Made by a program: the position numbers and the translations under genes. From Eledone cirrhosa (Eukaryota), in the NCBI GenBank assembly GCA_964016885.1, contig OZ024761.1:2542001-2606000 (forward strand): a DNA stretch of 64,000 bases, in the 5' to 3' direction. Positions 1 to 13,374 of the stretch are shown piece by piece. Below the pieces are notes generated by a model, which was not told the DNA's origin, made no database searches, and saw only the letters and a program-made list of their open reading frames with translations. How positions within the stretch are numbered: position 1 is the first letter of the stretch; each line of letters starts with the position of its first letter.

Positions 1-365
1 CTTAATTAAGCTTCTTGAGATCCCGCTACATCTCTTGTGTACCCATTGTTTGCATTTGGGGCAGAGAATGGAGTTCCTACCTACACCTTTCTTACATACT
101 GAGCAAGGCCATTTCCCTGAGGAGATCTGGGTTCTGTTTTCTAGTCTACTTACAAGGACCTTAGTCTTTGTCAGGTTGACTTTGAGACCCTTTCTTTCTA
201 GTCCCTGCTTCAAGTTTGGAATTTCTTCTCTAGTTCTACCATAGACTCAGCTATAAGTGCAAGGTCATCTGCATACAGGAGTTCCCATGGGCATCCGGTC
301 TTAAACTCCTCCATTATTGCCTGCAGGACTATGATGAACAGGAGGGGGCTAAGAACAGAGCCCAT
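1..365 (-). mobile_element. RTE-clade LINE reverse transcriptase fragment (decayed)
   Basis: The minus strand reads GSVLSPLLFIIVLQAIMEEFKTGCPWELLYADDLALIAES, with the YADD motif. After an in-frame stop it continues GLKVNLTKTKVL...WPCSVCKKGVGRNSILCPKCKQWVHKRCSG. Confidence 0.85.
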
Positions 366-702
366 GAGATTTTGATATTTATTTTGAGAACAATACCTTA
401 ACATCAATATGAGCGGCCGGTTACAGCCGGTTTGAAGAGAAAGAAGTGAGAGAATTCTGGCCGGATACAACCGGTTTAAATGGTAAAGGGTTAAAAAAGA
501 TGTAGAATAGTAGAGAAGAACATATTGAGACTGATATCTCAAAAGAATTCTGGTGGACCATAAAAATATATAGCACCACAAAATTAACTGGAAGATTTTA
601 ATTTAAATAAGAACCCTTTAAAATGTGTGGTTTTGTTTCAATAAAAAAAGAGACAGGTTTGGTAGGGTTATTATGAAAAGGGGCTGATATTTATATTCCC
701 CC

Positions 703-1227
703 CTGTTGGTATCAGAAGGATCAGATGTGGTATGCTAGAGAGGACATTGCACTGGTATGGTGATATGATGCATATGTAGGATGACAGCTGTATAAATAGG
801 TACAGGACAATCAAAATTGATGGAAACCTTGGAGTAGGAAGACCCAGAAAGACCTGAGAGGAGGTGATAAAATCTGACCTTGCACACTTGCACCTCTCAA
901 AGACAATGACACACGATTGAGATCTTTGGCATTATGCAGTAACACAGAAGACACGCCTTCCCATGCGCACAGACTCAAACATACACCGAGTAGGCCCCTC
1001 TTAACCCACTCATTCCTGTCCACACCACCCTTACAGTCGGAACAAAAAGTACCCAGTCCACATTGTAAATGTGGTTCAGGTTAGGAAGGGCATCCAGCCA
1101 TAGAAACCAAGCCAGAGACAGTTCTATATGAACAAGACATGGTCACCTGACCCAACATACCTCTAATGGGACCACCCGTCTAACCCATGCTAGCATGGAA
1201 AATGGACGTTAAACGATGATGATGATG
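703..1227 (+). mobile_element. 3' end of an RTE-type LINE with a (GAT)n tail
   Basis: Degenerate C-terminal motifs (WYG...GRPRKT*EEVIKSDL), then AACCCATGCTAGCATGGAAAATGGACGTTAAACGATGATGATGATG. Confidence 0.6.
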
Positions 1228-1386
1228 TACTTTGTTTTAGAAATATCCGATATGGCATGGCTACCTCCACCCTGGTTATGGTTGGATGCTGGGCTATGCT
1301 GAGGCGAGAATTGAACTACAGCCAGCTTTCCAGGCATGATATGGTTGTTTAGGATCGTAGATTAAAAGCATTAAAGATACTCCTCC

Positions 1387-4300
1387 TATATAATACAGTC
1401 TCTCTCTCTCTCTCCCATATAATACAGTCTCTCTCCCACATAATACAGTCTCTCTCCCATATAATACAGTCTCTCTCTCTCATATAATACACTCTCTCTC
1501 TCTCCCATATAATACAGTCTCTCTCCCATATAATACAGTCTCTCTCTCTCCCATATAATACAGTCTCTCTCCCATATAATACAGTCTCTCTCTCCCATAT
1601 AATACAGTCTCTCTCTCTCATATAATACAGTCTCTCTCTCACATATAATACAGTCTCTCTCTCTCCCATATAATACAGTCTCTCTCTCTCTCATATAATA
1701 CAGTCTCTCTCTCTCCCATATAATACAGTCTCTCTCTCTCATATAATACAGTCTCTCTCTCCCATATAATAATGTCTCTCTCTCTCATATAATACAGTCT
1801 CTCTCACATAAAATAAAGTCTCTCTCTCTCCCATATAATACAGTCTCTCTCTCTCATATAATACAGTCTCTCTCCCATATAATACAGTCTCTCTCCCATA
1901 TAATACAGTCTCTCTCTCTCATATAATACAGTCTCTCTCCCATATAATACAGTCTCTCTCTCTCCCATATAATAAAGTCTCTCTCTCTCATATAATACAG
2001 TCTCTCTCACATAAAATAAAGTCTCTCTCTCTCCCATATAATACAGTCTCTCTCTCTCATATAATACAGTCTCTCTCCCATATAATACAGTCTCTCTCCC
2101 ATATAATACAGTCTTTCTCTCCCATATAATACAGTCTCTCTCCCATATAATACAGTCTCTCTCTCCCATATAATACAGTCTCTCTCTCTCATATGATACA
2201 GTCTCTCTCACATATAATACAGTCTCTCTCACATATAATACAGTCTCTCTCTCTCCCATATAATACAGTCTCTCTCTCCCATATAATACAGTCTCTCTCA
2301 CATATAATACAGTCTCTCTCTCTCCCATATAATACAGTCTCTCTCACATATAATACAGTCTCTCTCTCTCCCATATAATACAGTCTCTCTCCCATATAAT
2401 ACAGTCTCTCTCCCATATAATACAGTCTCTCTCACATATAATACAGTCTCTCTCACATATAATACAGTCTCTCTCTCTCACATATAATACAGTGTCCCTC
2501 TCTCCCATATAATACAGTCTCTCTCCCATATAATACAGTCTCTCTCTCCCATATAATACAGTCTCTCTCTCTCATATAATACAGTCTCTCTCACATATAA
2601 TACAGTCTCTCTCACATATAATACAGTCTCTCACTCTCCCATATAATACAGTCTCTCTCTCTCATATAATACAGTCTCTCTCACATATAATACAGTCTCT
2701 CTCTCATATAATACAGTCTCTCTCACATAAAATAAAGTCTCTCTCTCTCCCATATAATACAGTCTCTCTCTCTCATATAATACAGTCTCTCTCCCATATA
2801 ATACAGTCTCTCTCCCATATAATACAGTCTCTCTCTCCCATATAATACAGTCTCTCTCTCTCATATGATACAGTCTCTCTCACATATAATACAGTCTCTC
2901 TCACATATAATACAGTCTCTCTCTCTCCCATATAATACAGTCTCTCTCTCTAATATAATACAGTCTCTCTCACATATAATACAGTCTCTCTCTCTCCCAT
3001 ATAATACAGTCTCTCTCTCTCCCATATAATACAGTCTCTCTCCCATATAATACAGTCTCTCTCCCATATAATACAGTCTCTCTCACATATAATACAGTCT
3101 CTCTCTCCCATATAATACAGTCTCTCTCTCCCATATAATACAGTCTCTCTCTCCCATATAATACAGTCTCTCTCTCTCCCATATAATACAGTCTCTCTCT
3201 CCCATATAATACAGTCTCTCTCTCCCATATAATACAGTCTTTCTCTCACATATAATACAGTCTCTCTCTCTCCCATATAATACAGTCTTTCTCTCCCATA
3301 TAATACAGTCTCTCTCTCTCCCATATAATACAGTCTCTCTCTCCCATATAATACAGTCTCTCTCTCCCATATAATACAGTCTTTCTCTCACATATAATAC
3401 AGTCTCTCTCTCTCCCATATAATACAGTCTCTCTCTCCCATATAATACAGTCTCTCTCTCCCATATAATACAGTCTCTCTCACATATAATACAGTCTCTC
3501 TCTCACATATAATACAGTCTCTCTCTCACATATAATACAGTCTCTCTCTCCCATATAATACAGTCTTTCTCTCTCCCATATAATACAGTCTTTCTCTCTC
3601 CCATATAATACAGTCTTTCTCTCTCCCATATAATACAGTCTCTCTCTCCCATATAATACAGTCTCTCTCTCCCATATAATACAGTCTTTCTCTCACATAT
3701 AATACAGTCTCTCTCTCTCCCATATAATACAGTCTTTCTCTCACATATAATACAGTCTCTCTCTCTCCCATATAATACAGTCTTTCTCTCTCCCATATAA
3801 TACAGTCTTTCTCTCTTCCATATAATACAGTCTTTCTCTCTCCCATATAATACAGTCTCTCTCTCCCATATAATACAGTCTCTCTCTCCCATATAATACA
3901 GTCTTTCTCTCACATATAATACAGTCTCTCTCTCTCCCATATAATACAGTCTTTCTCTCTCCCATATAATACAGTCTCTCTCTCTCCCATATAATACAGT
4001 CTTTCTCTCTCCCATATAATACAGTCTCTCTCTCCCATATAATACAGTCTCTCTCTCCCATATAATACAGTCTTTCTCTCACATATAATACAGTCTCTCT
4101 CTCTCCCATATAATACAGTCTTTCTCTCTCCCATATAATACAGTCTCTCTCTCCCATATAATACAGTCTCTCTCCCATATAATACAGTTTCTCTCTCTCT
4201 CCCATATAATACAGTCTCTCTCTCTCTCCCATATAATACAGTCTCTCTCTCTCTCCCATATAATACAGTCTTTCTCTCCCATATAATACAGTCTCTCTCT

Positions 4301-6955
4301 CTCCCATATAATACAGTCTCTCTCTCCCATATAATACAGTCTCTCTCTCTCCCATATAATACAGTCTCTCTCCCATATAATACAGTCTTTCTCTCCCATA
4401 TAATACAGTCTCTCTCTCTCTCCCATATAATACAGTCTCTCTCCCATATAATACAGTCTCTCTCTCTCTCCCATATAATACAGTCTCTGTCTCTCTCCCA
4501 TATAATACAGTCTTTCTCTCCCATATAATACAGTTTCTCTCTCTCCCATATAATACAGTCTTTCTCTCTCCCATATAATACAGTCTCTCTCTCTCTCCCA
4601 TATAATACAGTCTCTCTCTCCCATATAATACAGTCTCTCTCTCCCATATAATACAGTCTCTCTCTCTCCCATATAATACAGTCTCTCTCTCCCATATAAT
4701 ACAGTCTCTCTCTCCCATATAATACAGTCTTTCTCTCACATATAATACAGTCTCTCTCTCTCCCATATAATACAGTCTTTCTCTCCCATATAATACAGTC
4801 TCTCTCTCTCCCATATAATACAGTCTCTCTCTCCCATATAATACAGTCTCTCTCTCCCATATAATACAGTCTTTCTCTCACATATAATACAGTCTCTCTC
4901 TCTCCCATATAATACAGTCTCTCTCTCCCATATAATACAGTCTCTCTCTCCCATATAATACAGTCTCTCTCACATATAATACAGTCTCTCTCTCACATAT
5001 AATACAGTCTCTCTCTCACATATAATACAGTCTCTCTCTCCCATATAATACAGTCTTTCTCTCTCCCATATAATACAGTCTTTCTCTCTCCCATATAATA
5101 CAGTCTTTCTCTCTCCCATATAATACAGTCTCTCTCTCCCATATAATACAGTCTCTCTCTCCCATATAATACAGTCTTTCTCTCACATATAATACAGTCT
5201 CTCTCTCTCCCATATAATACAGTCTTTCTCTCACATATAATACAGTCTCTCTCTCTCCCATATAATACAGTCTTTCTCTCTCCCATATAATACAGTCTTT
5301 CTCTCTTCCATATAATACAGTCTTTCTCTCTCCCATATAATACAGTCTCTCTCTCCCATATAATACAGTCTCTCTCTCCCATATAATACAGTCTTTCTCT
5401 CACATATAATACAGTCTCTCTCTCTCCCATATAATACAGTCTTTCTCTCTCCCATATAATACAGTCTCTCTCTCTCCCATATAATACAGTCTTTCTCTCT
5501 CCCATATAATACAGTCTCTCTCTCCCATATAATACAGTCTCTCTCTCCCATATAATACAGTCTTTCTCTCACATATAATACAGTCTCTCTCTCTCCCATA
5601 TAATACAGTCTTTCTCTCTCCCATATAATACAGTCTCTCTCTCCCATATAATACAGTCTCTCTCCCATATAATACAGTTTCTCTCTCTCTCCCATATAAT
5701 ACAGTCTCTCTCTCTCTCCCATATAATACAGTCTCTCTCTCTCTCCCATATAATACAGTCTTTCTCTCCCATATAATACAGTCTCTCTCTCTCCCATATA
5801 ATACAGTCTCTCTCTCCCATATAATACAGTCTCTCTCTCTCCCATATAATACAGTCTCTCTCCCATATAATACAGTCTTTCTCTCCCATATAATACAGTC
5901 TCTCTCTCTCTCCCATATAATACAGTCTCTCTCCCATATAATACAGTCTCTCTCTCTCTCCCATATAATACAGTCTCTCTCTCTCTCCCATATAATACAG
6001 TCTTTCTCTCCCATATAATACAGTTTCTCTCTCTCCCATATAATACAGTCTTTCTCTCTCCCATATAATACAGTCTCTCTCTCTCTCCCATATAATACAG
6101 TCTCTCTCTCCCATATAATACAGTCTCTCTCTCTCTCCCATATTATACAGTCTCTCTCTCCCATATAATACAGTCTCTCTCTCCCATATAATACAGTCTC
6201 TCTCTCTCTCCCATATAATACAGTCTCTCTCCCATATAATACAGTCTCTCTCTCTCTCCCATATAATACAGTCTCTCTCTCTCCCATATAATACAGTCTT
6301 TCTCTCTCCCATATAATACAGTCTCTCTCTCTCCCATATAATACAGTCTCTCTCTCTCTCACATAATACAGTCTCTCTCTCTCCCATATAATACAGTCTT
6401 TCTCTCCCATATAATACAGTTTCTCTCTCTCCCATATAATACAGTCTTTCTCTCTCCCATATAATACAGTCTCTCTCTCTCTCCCATATAATACAGTCTC
6501 TCTCTCCCATATAATACAGTCTCTCTCTCTCTCCCATATTATACAGTCTCTCTCTCCCATATAATATAGTCTCTCTCTCCCATATAATACAGTCTCTCTC
6601 TCTCTCCCATATAATACAGTCTCTCTCCCATATAATACAGTCTCTCTCTCTCTCCCATATAATACAGTCTCTCTCTCTCCCATATAATACAGTCTTTCTC
6701 TCTCCCATATAATACAGTCTCTCTCTCTCCCATATAATACAGTCTCTCTCTCTCTCACATAATACAGTCTCTCTCTCTCCCATTTAATACAGTCTCTCTC
6801 CCATATAATACAGTCTCTCTCTCCCATATAATACAGTCTCTCTCTCCCATATAATACAGTCTCTCTCTCTCTCCCATATTATACAGTCTCTCTCTCTCTC
6901 CCATATAATACAGTCTCTCTCTCATATAATACAGTCTCTCTCTCTCCCATATAAT

Positions 6956-7001
<46 letters not shown>

Positions 7002-7080
7002 ATATAATACAGTGTCTCTCTCTCTCTCTCCCATATTATACAGTCTCTCTCTCTCCCATATAATACAATCTGTCTCCCAT
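1387..7080. repeat. Compound minisatellite CCCATATAATACAGT(CT)n, unit ~23-29 bp, ~5.7 kb
   Basis: Tandem units are directly visible. All MGERETVLY-type ORFs are translations of this repeat. Confidence 0.98.
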
Positions 7081-7099
7081 CATATCTAATTACACATGT

Positions 7100-7870
7100 T
7101 CTGTAAACCACCAAGTGATTGCCATTGGTGTATCAGAAGACATAGCTGATCTTCAGACATTTGTCGCCAGCTCATCCAAAGACCCAGGCTGTGTTCCCTG
7201 AAAGGGTGCTCCCCGCCTTGGCCGACCAGGTGCAATTCCACGGCTAATTAGGCTGTCTTTTTCAAACTCTACTATGGCACATTCATATCTTTTAGCCTCT
7301 GATAGAGCTAGGCGTGAAAATCGTATTGTCTGCTGAATGCACCCTGGTCTTCCACCTGAGGTCCACCCAAAGTTAGCGTGTAGCAGCTTCCTTAAACCGC
7401 AACTCAGCACAACATGAAAGCTTCAGCATACGTGATGATGGGCAGATATGGAAGTTTATTAAGGCTGGTGAAACATGGAAAAGAGATACCAGCTGGTCTG
7501 CAAACACTGTACCCACAATAACTGGAATGAAAAACTGAAAAAACTGTGGGACACTAAACCAGAACAACCTGCCATCCCCTGCACATCATTATAGACTGAA
7601 AACAAGGTACAAATTGTTGTCCTTAAACGCTCGTAGTCTATGCAATAAGATACATCTTTTTGATTCCTACGTGAAAAGTATCGACCCTGACTTCATTACA
7701 GTCACGGAAACATGGGCACATTCCTTACTCTGTGATGGGGATTTCAGCATAGCTAGCTACAACTTGTTTCGTAAAGACCGAATTAATCGTGGTGGTGGTG
7801 GTGTAATGGTCTACGTTTGTTCAAACTTTTCAGCAATTCCTTGCGTTGATTTGAACCAATCACAAGAAGA
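7100..7870 (+). mobile_element. CR1/L2-like LINE fragment (probable ORF1 end plus APE endonuclease N-terminus)
   Basis: ORF 7614-7895 reads LSLNARSLCNK...PDFITVTETW...YNLFRKDR...GGGGVMVYV, the typical APE endonuclease motifs. It is truncated. Confidence 0.8.
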
Positions 7871-8034
7871 AATATTTTTTTTGCGATATACGTAAGACCA
7901 TGTCAACACTTCTACTTGGAGTTGTTTACTGCCCCTCAAATTACAAGCAGGACACAGCTTTTTTTGATGAGTTGTGGTGCACTTGAGCACCGTATACAAT
8001 AATTTCCTTCATTATAATTGTTTTTTTTCTGTAG

Positions 8035-8166
8035 GTTTGTTCGATGAGAATACCTTTAGAGCCATGAGGAAGAAACGGTGCGGCATCCCAGACATGCATT
8101 ATTCTCAGAGTTTCGGCCTGAGGGACTCCATTTCTCCCCGTCGCAAACGAAGGTTTGCTTTACAAG
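8035..8166 (+). CDS. Matrix metalloproteinase exon (end of prodomain: cysteine switch and furin site)
   Basis: Acceptor ttttctgtag| and donor |gtaaca. Reads (G)LFDENTFRAMRKKRCGIPDMHYSQSFGLRDSISPRRKRRFALQ(G). RCGxPD is the cysteine switch and RRKRR the furin site. Phase 1/1. Confidence 0.93.
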
Positions 8167-8544
8167 GTAACAGAATTGAGACTTAAATACCTTCTCTTTT
8201 ACCTATAAAAACATACCACATACACACACACACACATGCACAAATACACATACATAGACCTGTACATACACATGAACACACACACATGCACATACATGCA
8301 CACGCACATGAGCACACCCATACACATGCATACACACACATGTACACTCACATACACACACACATAAACACACATACATACAATGACAGTCACGTATTTC
8401 TGGATGTTTATCCATCATCAGTGACATTTACTCACTTGGTACTGACACAAGAATAAGTTATAGTTTATATGTTTATTTACTTACAAAACCTCGGCTTCAA
8501 AATTAAAAATAACTTCTCTTGTAACTCATACAATTCAATATGTA

Positions 8545-8760
8545 TTGGTTTCTGATTTACGCTAAAGGCCAATAATTTGAGGGGAAAATCGATTAAATCG
8601 ATCCCAGTGCATTACTGGTACTTTATTTTATCGAACCCTGTAACGATGAAAGGTGATGCTAACCTCGGCGGGATTTGAACTCAGATCATAAAGAGGTGTA
8701 ACCCTATGCTATAAAGCAGGGTGTCCGACGCTCTACCGATACTGCCAATCCCTCGTCCTA
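8545..8760 (-). mobile_element. tRNA-derived SINE (Meta-domain-like)
   Basis: The reverse complement has an A box (TGGCAGTATCGG), a B box (GAGTTCAAATCC) and a central CTTTCATC...TCGATAAAATAAAGTACCAG segment. Many copies occur in the window. Confidence 0.85.
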
Positions 8761-8839
8761 ATACAATTTAATTTATATCAAAACATGTAGAGATCACCAT
8801 AAACACTATATTGGTCCAAGAAGTCCGACAGTTGCAGAT

Positions 8840-8991
8840 AATTGTTTCTACTTTTGGCACAAGGCCAGCAATTACCCAGTACATTACTGGTACTTTATTT
8901 TATCGACCCCGTATGGGTGAAAAGCAAAGTTAACTTCGGCGGGACGTAACTATGCTGGAAAGCATGTCCGACCCTTCACCGATACAGCCAA
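8840..8991 (-). mobile_element. SINE copy (internally deleted)
   Basis: Same family as 8545-8760. Confidence 0.8.
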
Positions 8992-9383
8992 ATGACAATA
9001 AAGTAGGGAACTGTACAACAGAAACCCCTCACCGAGGATGAATCTTGCAAAATTTCAAGGGTTTCTCATCCTATTTATGCAGCTCTTTGACAACAGAAAA
9101 ACATCACATTAATAATGAAATCAACTTTATAACTAAAACTAATCTCGTACATCTAAAATAAGTTTGAAGTGTGTCTCAAGCTCGGAGGTTCGTCAGGCGA
9201 GTGATTATCCTAGTTTCAGTGGTGCGAAGCGACTGAGAGTACACCCCCCCCCCCTACTAAATCATGACAGGAGGTAATGTCTAAAATCAGACCCGCTAAC
9301 CTCTAAAAATCCAAACGGGGAGTACCATGAAAAAAAATGCTCCCAAACGGGTGGAAATGAGGCAAAATGGGGAGATTTTACAT

Positions 9384-9570
9384 AATTGTTTCTACGTTAG
9401 GCACAAGGCCAGCAATTACTCAATGCATTACTGGTACTTTATTTTATCGATCCCGCAAGGATGAAAAGCAAAGTCAACCTCGGCAGGATTTGAACTCAGA
9501 TCGTAAGGGGATGTAACTATGCTGGAAAGCATGTCCGACCCTCTACCGATACTGCCAATCCACCGCCCTA
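9384..9570 (-). mobile_element. SINE copy
   Basis: Same family. Flanked by the direct repeat GGGGAGATTTTACATAAT (9369-9386 and 9571-9588), a likely target-site duplication. Confidence 0.88.
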
Positions 9571-9694
9571 GGGGAGATTTTACATAATGAAAGCCATACC
9601 TATTTTCAGAAGATAAGACATCTGTCACCCACCTCAAAGTGGGTGTAGATTCCTCGTCAGGCAGAGAGAGTTGACAGGTCTGTAAAGTCTAACG

Positions 9695-9952
9695 TCTGTT
9701 TCAAGCCCTGAGGGTTATCGCAGTTTCGTTGGTGCTAGGCAACTGACAGTACAAGATTTCCTTCTGGACGGGACGCCAGTCTATCGTGGGGTTAAACCCT
9801 CAGCTGTTGTTGGTACTCATTTTCAGCAGAGTATATTGGAGCAACGTAAAATGAAGTGTTTTACTTAAGAACACACCACACAACCCATCTCAAGAATCGA
9901 ACTCACGACATTATGATCGTAAGTCCAACACCCTTACCACTAGGCCACGCAC
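9695..9952 (-). mobile_element. Second tRNA-derived SINE family
   Basis: The reverse complement starts GTGCGTGGCCTAGTGGTAAGG...GAGTTCGATTC (A and B boxes), followed by a conserved-looking central segment. Confidence 0.7.
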
Positions 9953-10039
9953 TAACATAGATACATTTCAGTACATTCATAGTTAACTAGAGTTATGTCC
10001 CTTGTCACAGGTTGTATCCCTGGCATAAGGGACAATAAG

Positions 10040-10162
10040 GATACAACCAGCTCCTTCCCTTGTCTTACAGGATACAACCAGTTATTTCCCTTGTCTTACA
10101 GGATACAACCAGTTATTTCCCTTGTCTTACAGGATACAACCAGTTACTTCCCTTTGTCTTAC
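10040..10162. repeat. 31-bp tandem repeat, ~4 copies
   Basis: GGATACAACCAGTTATTTCCCTTGTCTTACA is repeated. Confidence 0.9.
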
Positions 10163-10640
10163 AAACGACGTAACCCAAAACATGGAAAATATATGTGAAA
10201 TATATTCAATACCAACACAAATTCAAATAAAAATTTGGAAAGCTACTCATAGTATTAAAACTAATTAGACAGTTATAACTGTTTCTGAAAAGACAGTTAC
10301 TTTAATCCATCCCAATTTATTTTATTATACGTATTTCTAAGATGCAAGGCTTATGTATAACAAGCCAAAATACTGTATGTTCTCTTCAGACAAAATTCAC
10401 TGGAGATGTAGAAATCATTTGATGTGCTGGTGGTTAGACGAGCTGTTCAGATCCGTAGCTAGCAAACATGTGAGATAGAAAAACCTCAACACAGAAGGTA
10501 TTATTTGAGTGGGAGAAATATTACAGTTGGTTTTGACGTATTTGAACTGGCGATAGTATGATGACTTTAGATTGGTAAAAAAAAAAAATCAAAACAAAAC
10601 AAATATTGACCATTAGTCTATATATTTATAACTTATGTTA

Positions 10641-10742
10641 GATTGGCAGTATCGGTAGAGGGTCGGACACCATGCTTTGACGCATAGAGTTACGGCCCTT
10701 GCCATTCTGAGTTCAAATCCCGCCGAGGTTAACTTTGCCTTC
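10641..10742 (+). mobile_element. SINE 5' half (tRNA-like head)
   Basis: GATTGGCAGTATCGGTAGAG...GAGTTCAAATCCCGCCGAGG. Confidence 0.8.
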
Positions 10743-10918
10743 CTAACACCAACCATGTTTACAGTGTGAACTGGGAGCTTTTTACAGTGTTACCTACACG
10801 GCCACATTACAGCGTGGACTGTGTGTTTTTTTGTCGTGACACCTACACAACCTCATTTATTTAGGACTGGATGTTGTGGTACCACATAACTTTACTATAT
10901 ATATATATATATATATAT

Positions 10919-11733
10919 ACAAATGAATATATGATAAACACTAATACAAGTATATAAGTGTTTGTATTGCAAATGACCAAGTTAGCTAGATTGAAAAATA
11001 CTAATTAAATTAATTGTATTAATTTAATTAATTTTATTAATTTAATTTAATTAAATTAATTTAACTGTATTAATTTAATTAGTATTTTTCAATCTAGCTA
11101 ACTTGGTCATTTGCAATACAAACACTTATATACTTGTATTAGTGTTTATCATTTGTATTACACGGCTCAGAAATATCTCTTTCTTTGAGCTATTTAATTG
11201 TAAAAGACTGTTTGAGTTTATAACTCTATATATAGTATTCTCGGCTCCATATGTTGAGCTAAATTTCTTAGTCCCATAAAACCGGCTGCTATTTCTAGCG
11301 GCACGAGTATAGGACTGGCTAGACGCTGGGACACATGTGCGTTCAACAACACATTTATCTCAGTCTTCCTAAGTATTTTGAAGTGAAACATACCAATTTT
11401 TGGATACCTGCAGATGAGTACAGAAATGGAATTTTCACTTATTGTTGCGAAACAAATTTGAGTTTTGAAATTTAAATTTGTCCAGGTATCACGGCTATTG
11501 CCAATATGGGTTTGTTTTTATTGATTTATTATTTTAAATCGAGACAGGTAAACTGTATTAATTTAATTAGTATTTTTCAATCTAGCTAACTTGGTCATTT
11601 GCAATACATACACTTATATACTTGTATTAGTGTTATCATATATTCATTTGTATTACACAGCTCAGAAATATCTCTTTCTTTGAGCTATTTAATTGTTAAA
11701 GACTGTTTGAGTTTATAACTCTATATATAGTAT
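10919..11733 (+). mobile_element. Retrozyme-like non-autonomous element A (inverted arm plus partial tandem, ~488 bp period)
   Basis: Direct repeats at 11063-11237 and 11551-11733, an inverted copy at 10919-~11013, (TA)n on both sides and an internal hammerhead fold. Confidence 0.8.
11403..11490 (+). ncRNA. Type I hammerhead ribozyme, core U4>A (probably inactive)
   Basis: GATACCTG-CAGATGA-(imperfect stem II)-GAAA-CAAATTTGAG/TTTAAATTTG-TC-CAGGTATC, with a perfect 8-bp stem I. Confidence 0.75.
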
Positions 11734-11761
11734 ATATATATATATATATCTTAATCTTCAG

Positions 11762-11862
11762 GATCAAAATGGAAACACCGTGACATTACATACAAGGTCA
11801 GTGATTATCCAAAAAATCTCCCCCACAGTGATGTTGACTCTACCATAAACTCTGCATTCAAG
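11762..11862 (+). CDS. Matrix metalloproteinase exon (start of catalytic domain)
   Basis: Acceptor cttcag| and donor |gtaagg. Reads (G)SKWKHRDITYKVSDYPKNLPHSDVDSTINSAFK. Phase 1/0, compatible with the flanking exons. Confidence 0.92.
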
Positions 11863-11906
11863 GTAAGGTCTTCTTGTTGTTGTTGTTGATGTTCTCCTTC
11901 TTATAA

Positions 11907-12100
11907 TAATTGTTTCTACTTTTGGCACAAGGTCAGTAATTATCACAGTATATTACTGGTATTTTATTTTATCCAACCCCGTAAGGATGAAAGGAAAGGT
12001 AACCTCGGCGGGATTTGAACTCAGACCATAAAGGGCCTTAACTCTTTGCTGCAAAACATGGCGTCCGGCCCTCTACCAATTACTGCCAATCCACCCCCTT
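11907..12100 (-). mobile_element. SINE copy
   Basis: Same family as 8545-8760. Confidence 0.85.
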
Positions 12101-12641
12101 CCATCTCCTTTTTATAATAATAATAATAATGGTTTCTTTTTTAGGCACAAGGTGAACAATTGTAGGCGGAGGAGTTGATTTAATCAACCCCAGTGCATTA
12201 CTGATACTCACTTCATTGGTAGTGAACAACTAACACTGTAATACATCTCTAGTGTTAGAAGCTGAGATAAGGGGTGTTACCCCAGTTCCCTGGTAGTGAA
12301 CAGCTAACAATAATAATAATAATCTTGTATCCTGCCTATCGAGTGAGGGTGTAAGAGTTATTTCGGGACCTTCAGGTTAAGACCACAAACAAAGTCCAAA
12401 ATGTTATTTTAAGTGGTAACATTCCTGCTACAATTAATTTTCTTTAGACATTAAAAACAATATGTATTTAAGGTCCCGTAACTCCTGATAGAGTTATAGG
12501 GGTGCAGTATTGACATACGGTGTTTCTTGGGCATTTTAGGCCTGGCAGAGCCCAGTCCTCTCCAGGCCGCAGTACAGCAGATTTCTTCCAGGGAAAGATA
12601 GAAAGTGAGAGAGAGGACATAAGAAAGAGATATAGAGGAAG

Positions 12642-12802
12642 AATCGACCCCAGTACTAGACTGGTACTTTTTTTTTCGACCTCGAAAGGATGAAAGGCAT
12701 AGTTGACCTCGGTGGGATTTGAACTCGGAGAGCAGAGTGTCAGAACAAATACCTTAAACCATTCTATCTAACGTTCTAACGACTCTGCCAATTCGCTGCC
12801 TA
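12642..12802 (-). mobile_element. SINE copy (diverged subfamily)
   Basis: Contains GGATGAAAGG...GGGATTTGAACTC. Confidence 0.75.
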
Positions 12803-13075
12803 AAAACAATATACATGACAAATATAAAGTACATTACTAGAAATCCCATACATTATAAAATAAATAGGGTGGGTTGGGTCTCAATGTGTAAACTAAACGA
12901 TTAATTCTGGCTTAAACCCCCCCCCCCCCTCAAAAAAAAAAACAAGGGAGACAACCTAGATTCCTCGCTCCCCATTATTTTGGACCTGAGAATATATCCA
13001 ATTTTACATTTGTACATTTTGAATGCCTACATTATAGAAACAGCCACATCAACTGTTGTGTGTCATTATTTCTAG

Positions 13076-13307
13076 GTTTGGAACAATATAACATCCTTAC
13101 AGTTTGTATGGAACCCAAGAACCATCGTTGATATCAACATTCGGTTCCTGTCTGGTAGCCATGGTGATGGGATGCCGTTCGACGGGCGGGATGGGGTCAC
13201 AGCCCATGCTTTCTTCCCAAACAGCAACAATGACGACTTTGATGGAGACATCCATTTTGATGCAGATGAAAACTGGGTGCTTAGCACCAGGGTCAACCAG
13301 GAATCAG
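13076..13307 (+). CDS. Matrix metalloproteinase exon (structural Zn/Ca-binding part of catalytic domain)
   Basis: Acceptor tttctag| and donor |gtactc. Reads VWNNITSLQFVWNPRTIVDINIRFLSGSHGDGMPFDGRDGVTAHAFFPNSNNDDFDGDIHFDADENWVLSTRVNQES(G), containing the MMP motifs HGDGxPFDG, AHAF and GDIHFDxDExW. Confidence 0.95.
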
Positions 13308-13374
13308 GTACTCCAAGTTAAATCTTACATTCAGAAGATTATGGCCAACTTTTGACCATCTTTTAATGATTTAG

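Noticed and set aside
1349-7114. Long repetitive ORFs (MGERETVLY...)
   Set aside because: They are translations of a minisatellite that is open in several frames; there is no evidence of coding.
8545-12802. tRNA genes
   Set aside because: The A and B boxes belong to SINE heads; no complete cloverleaf was seen.
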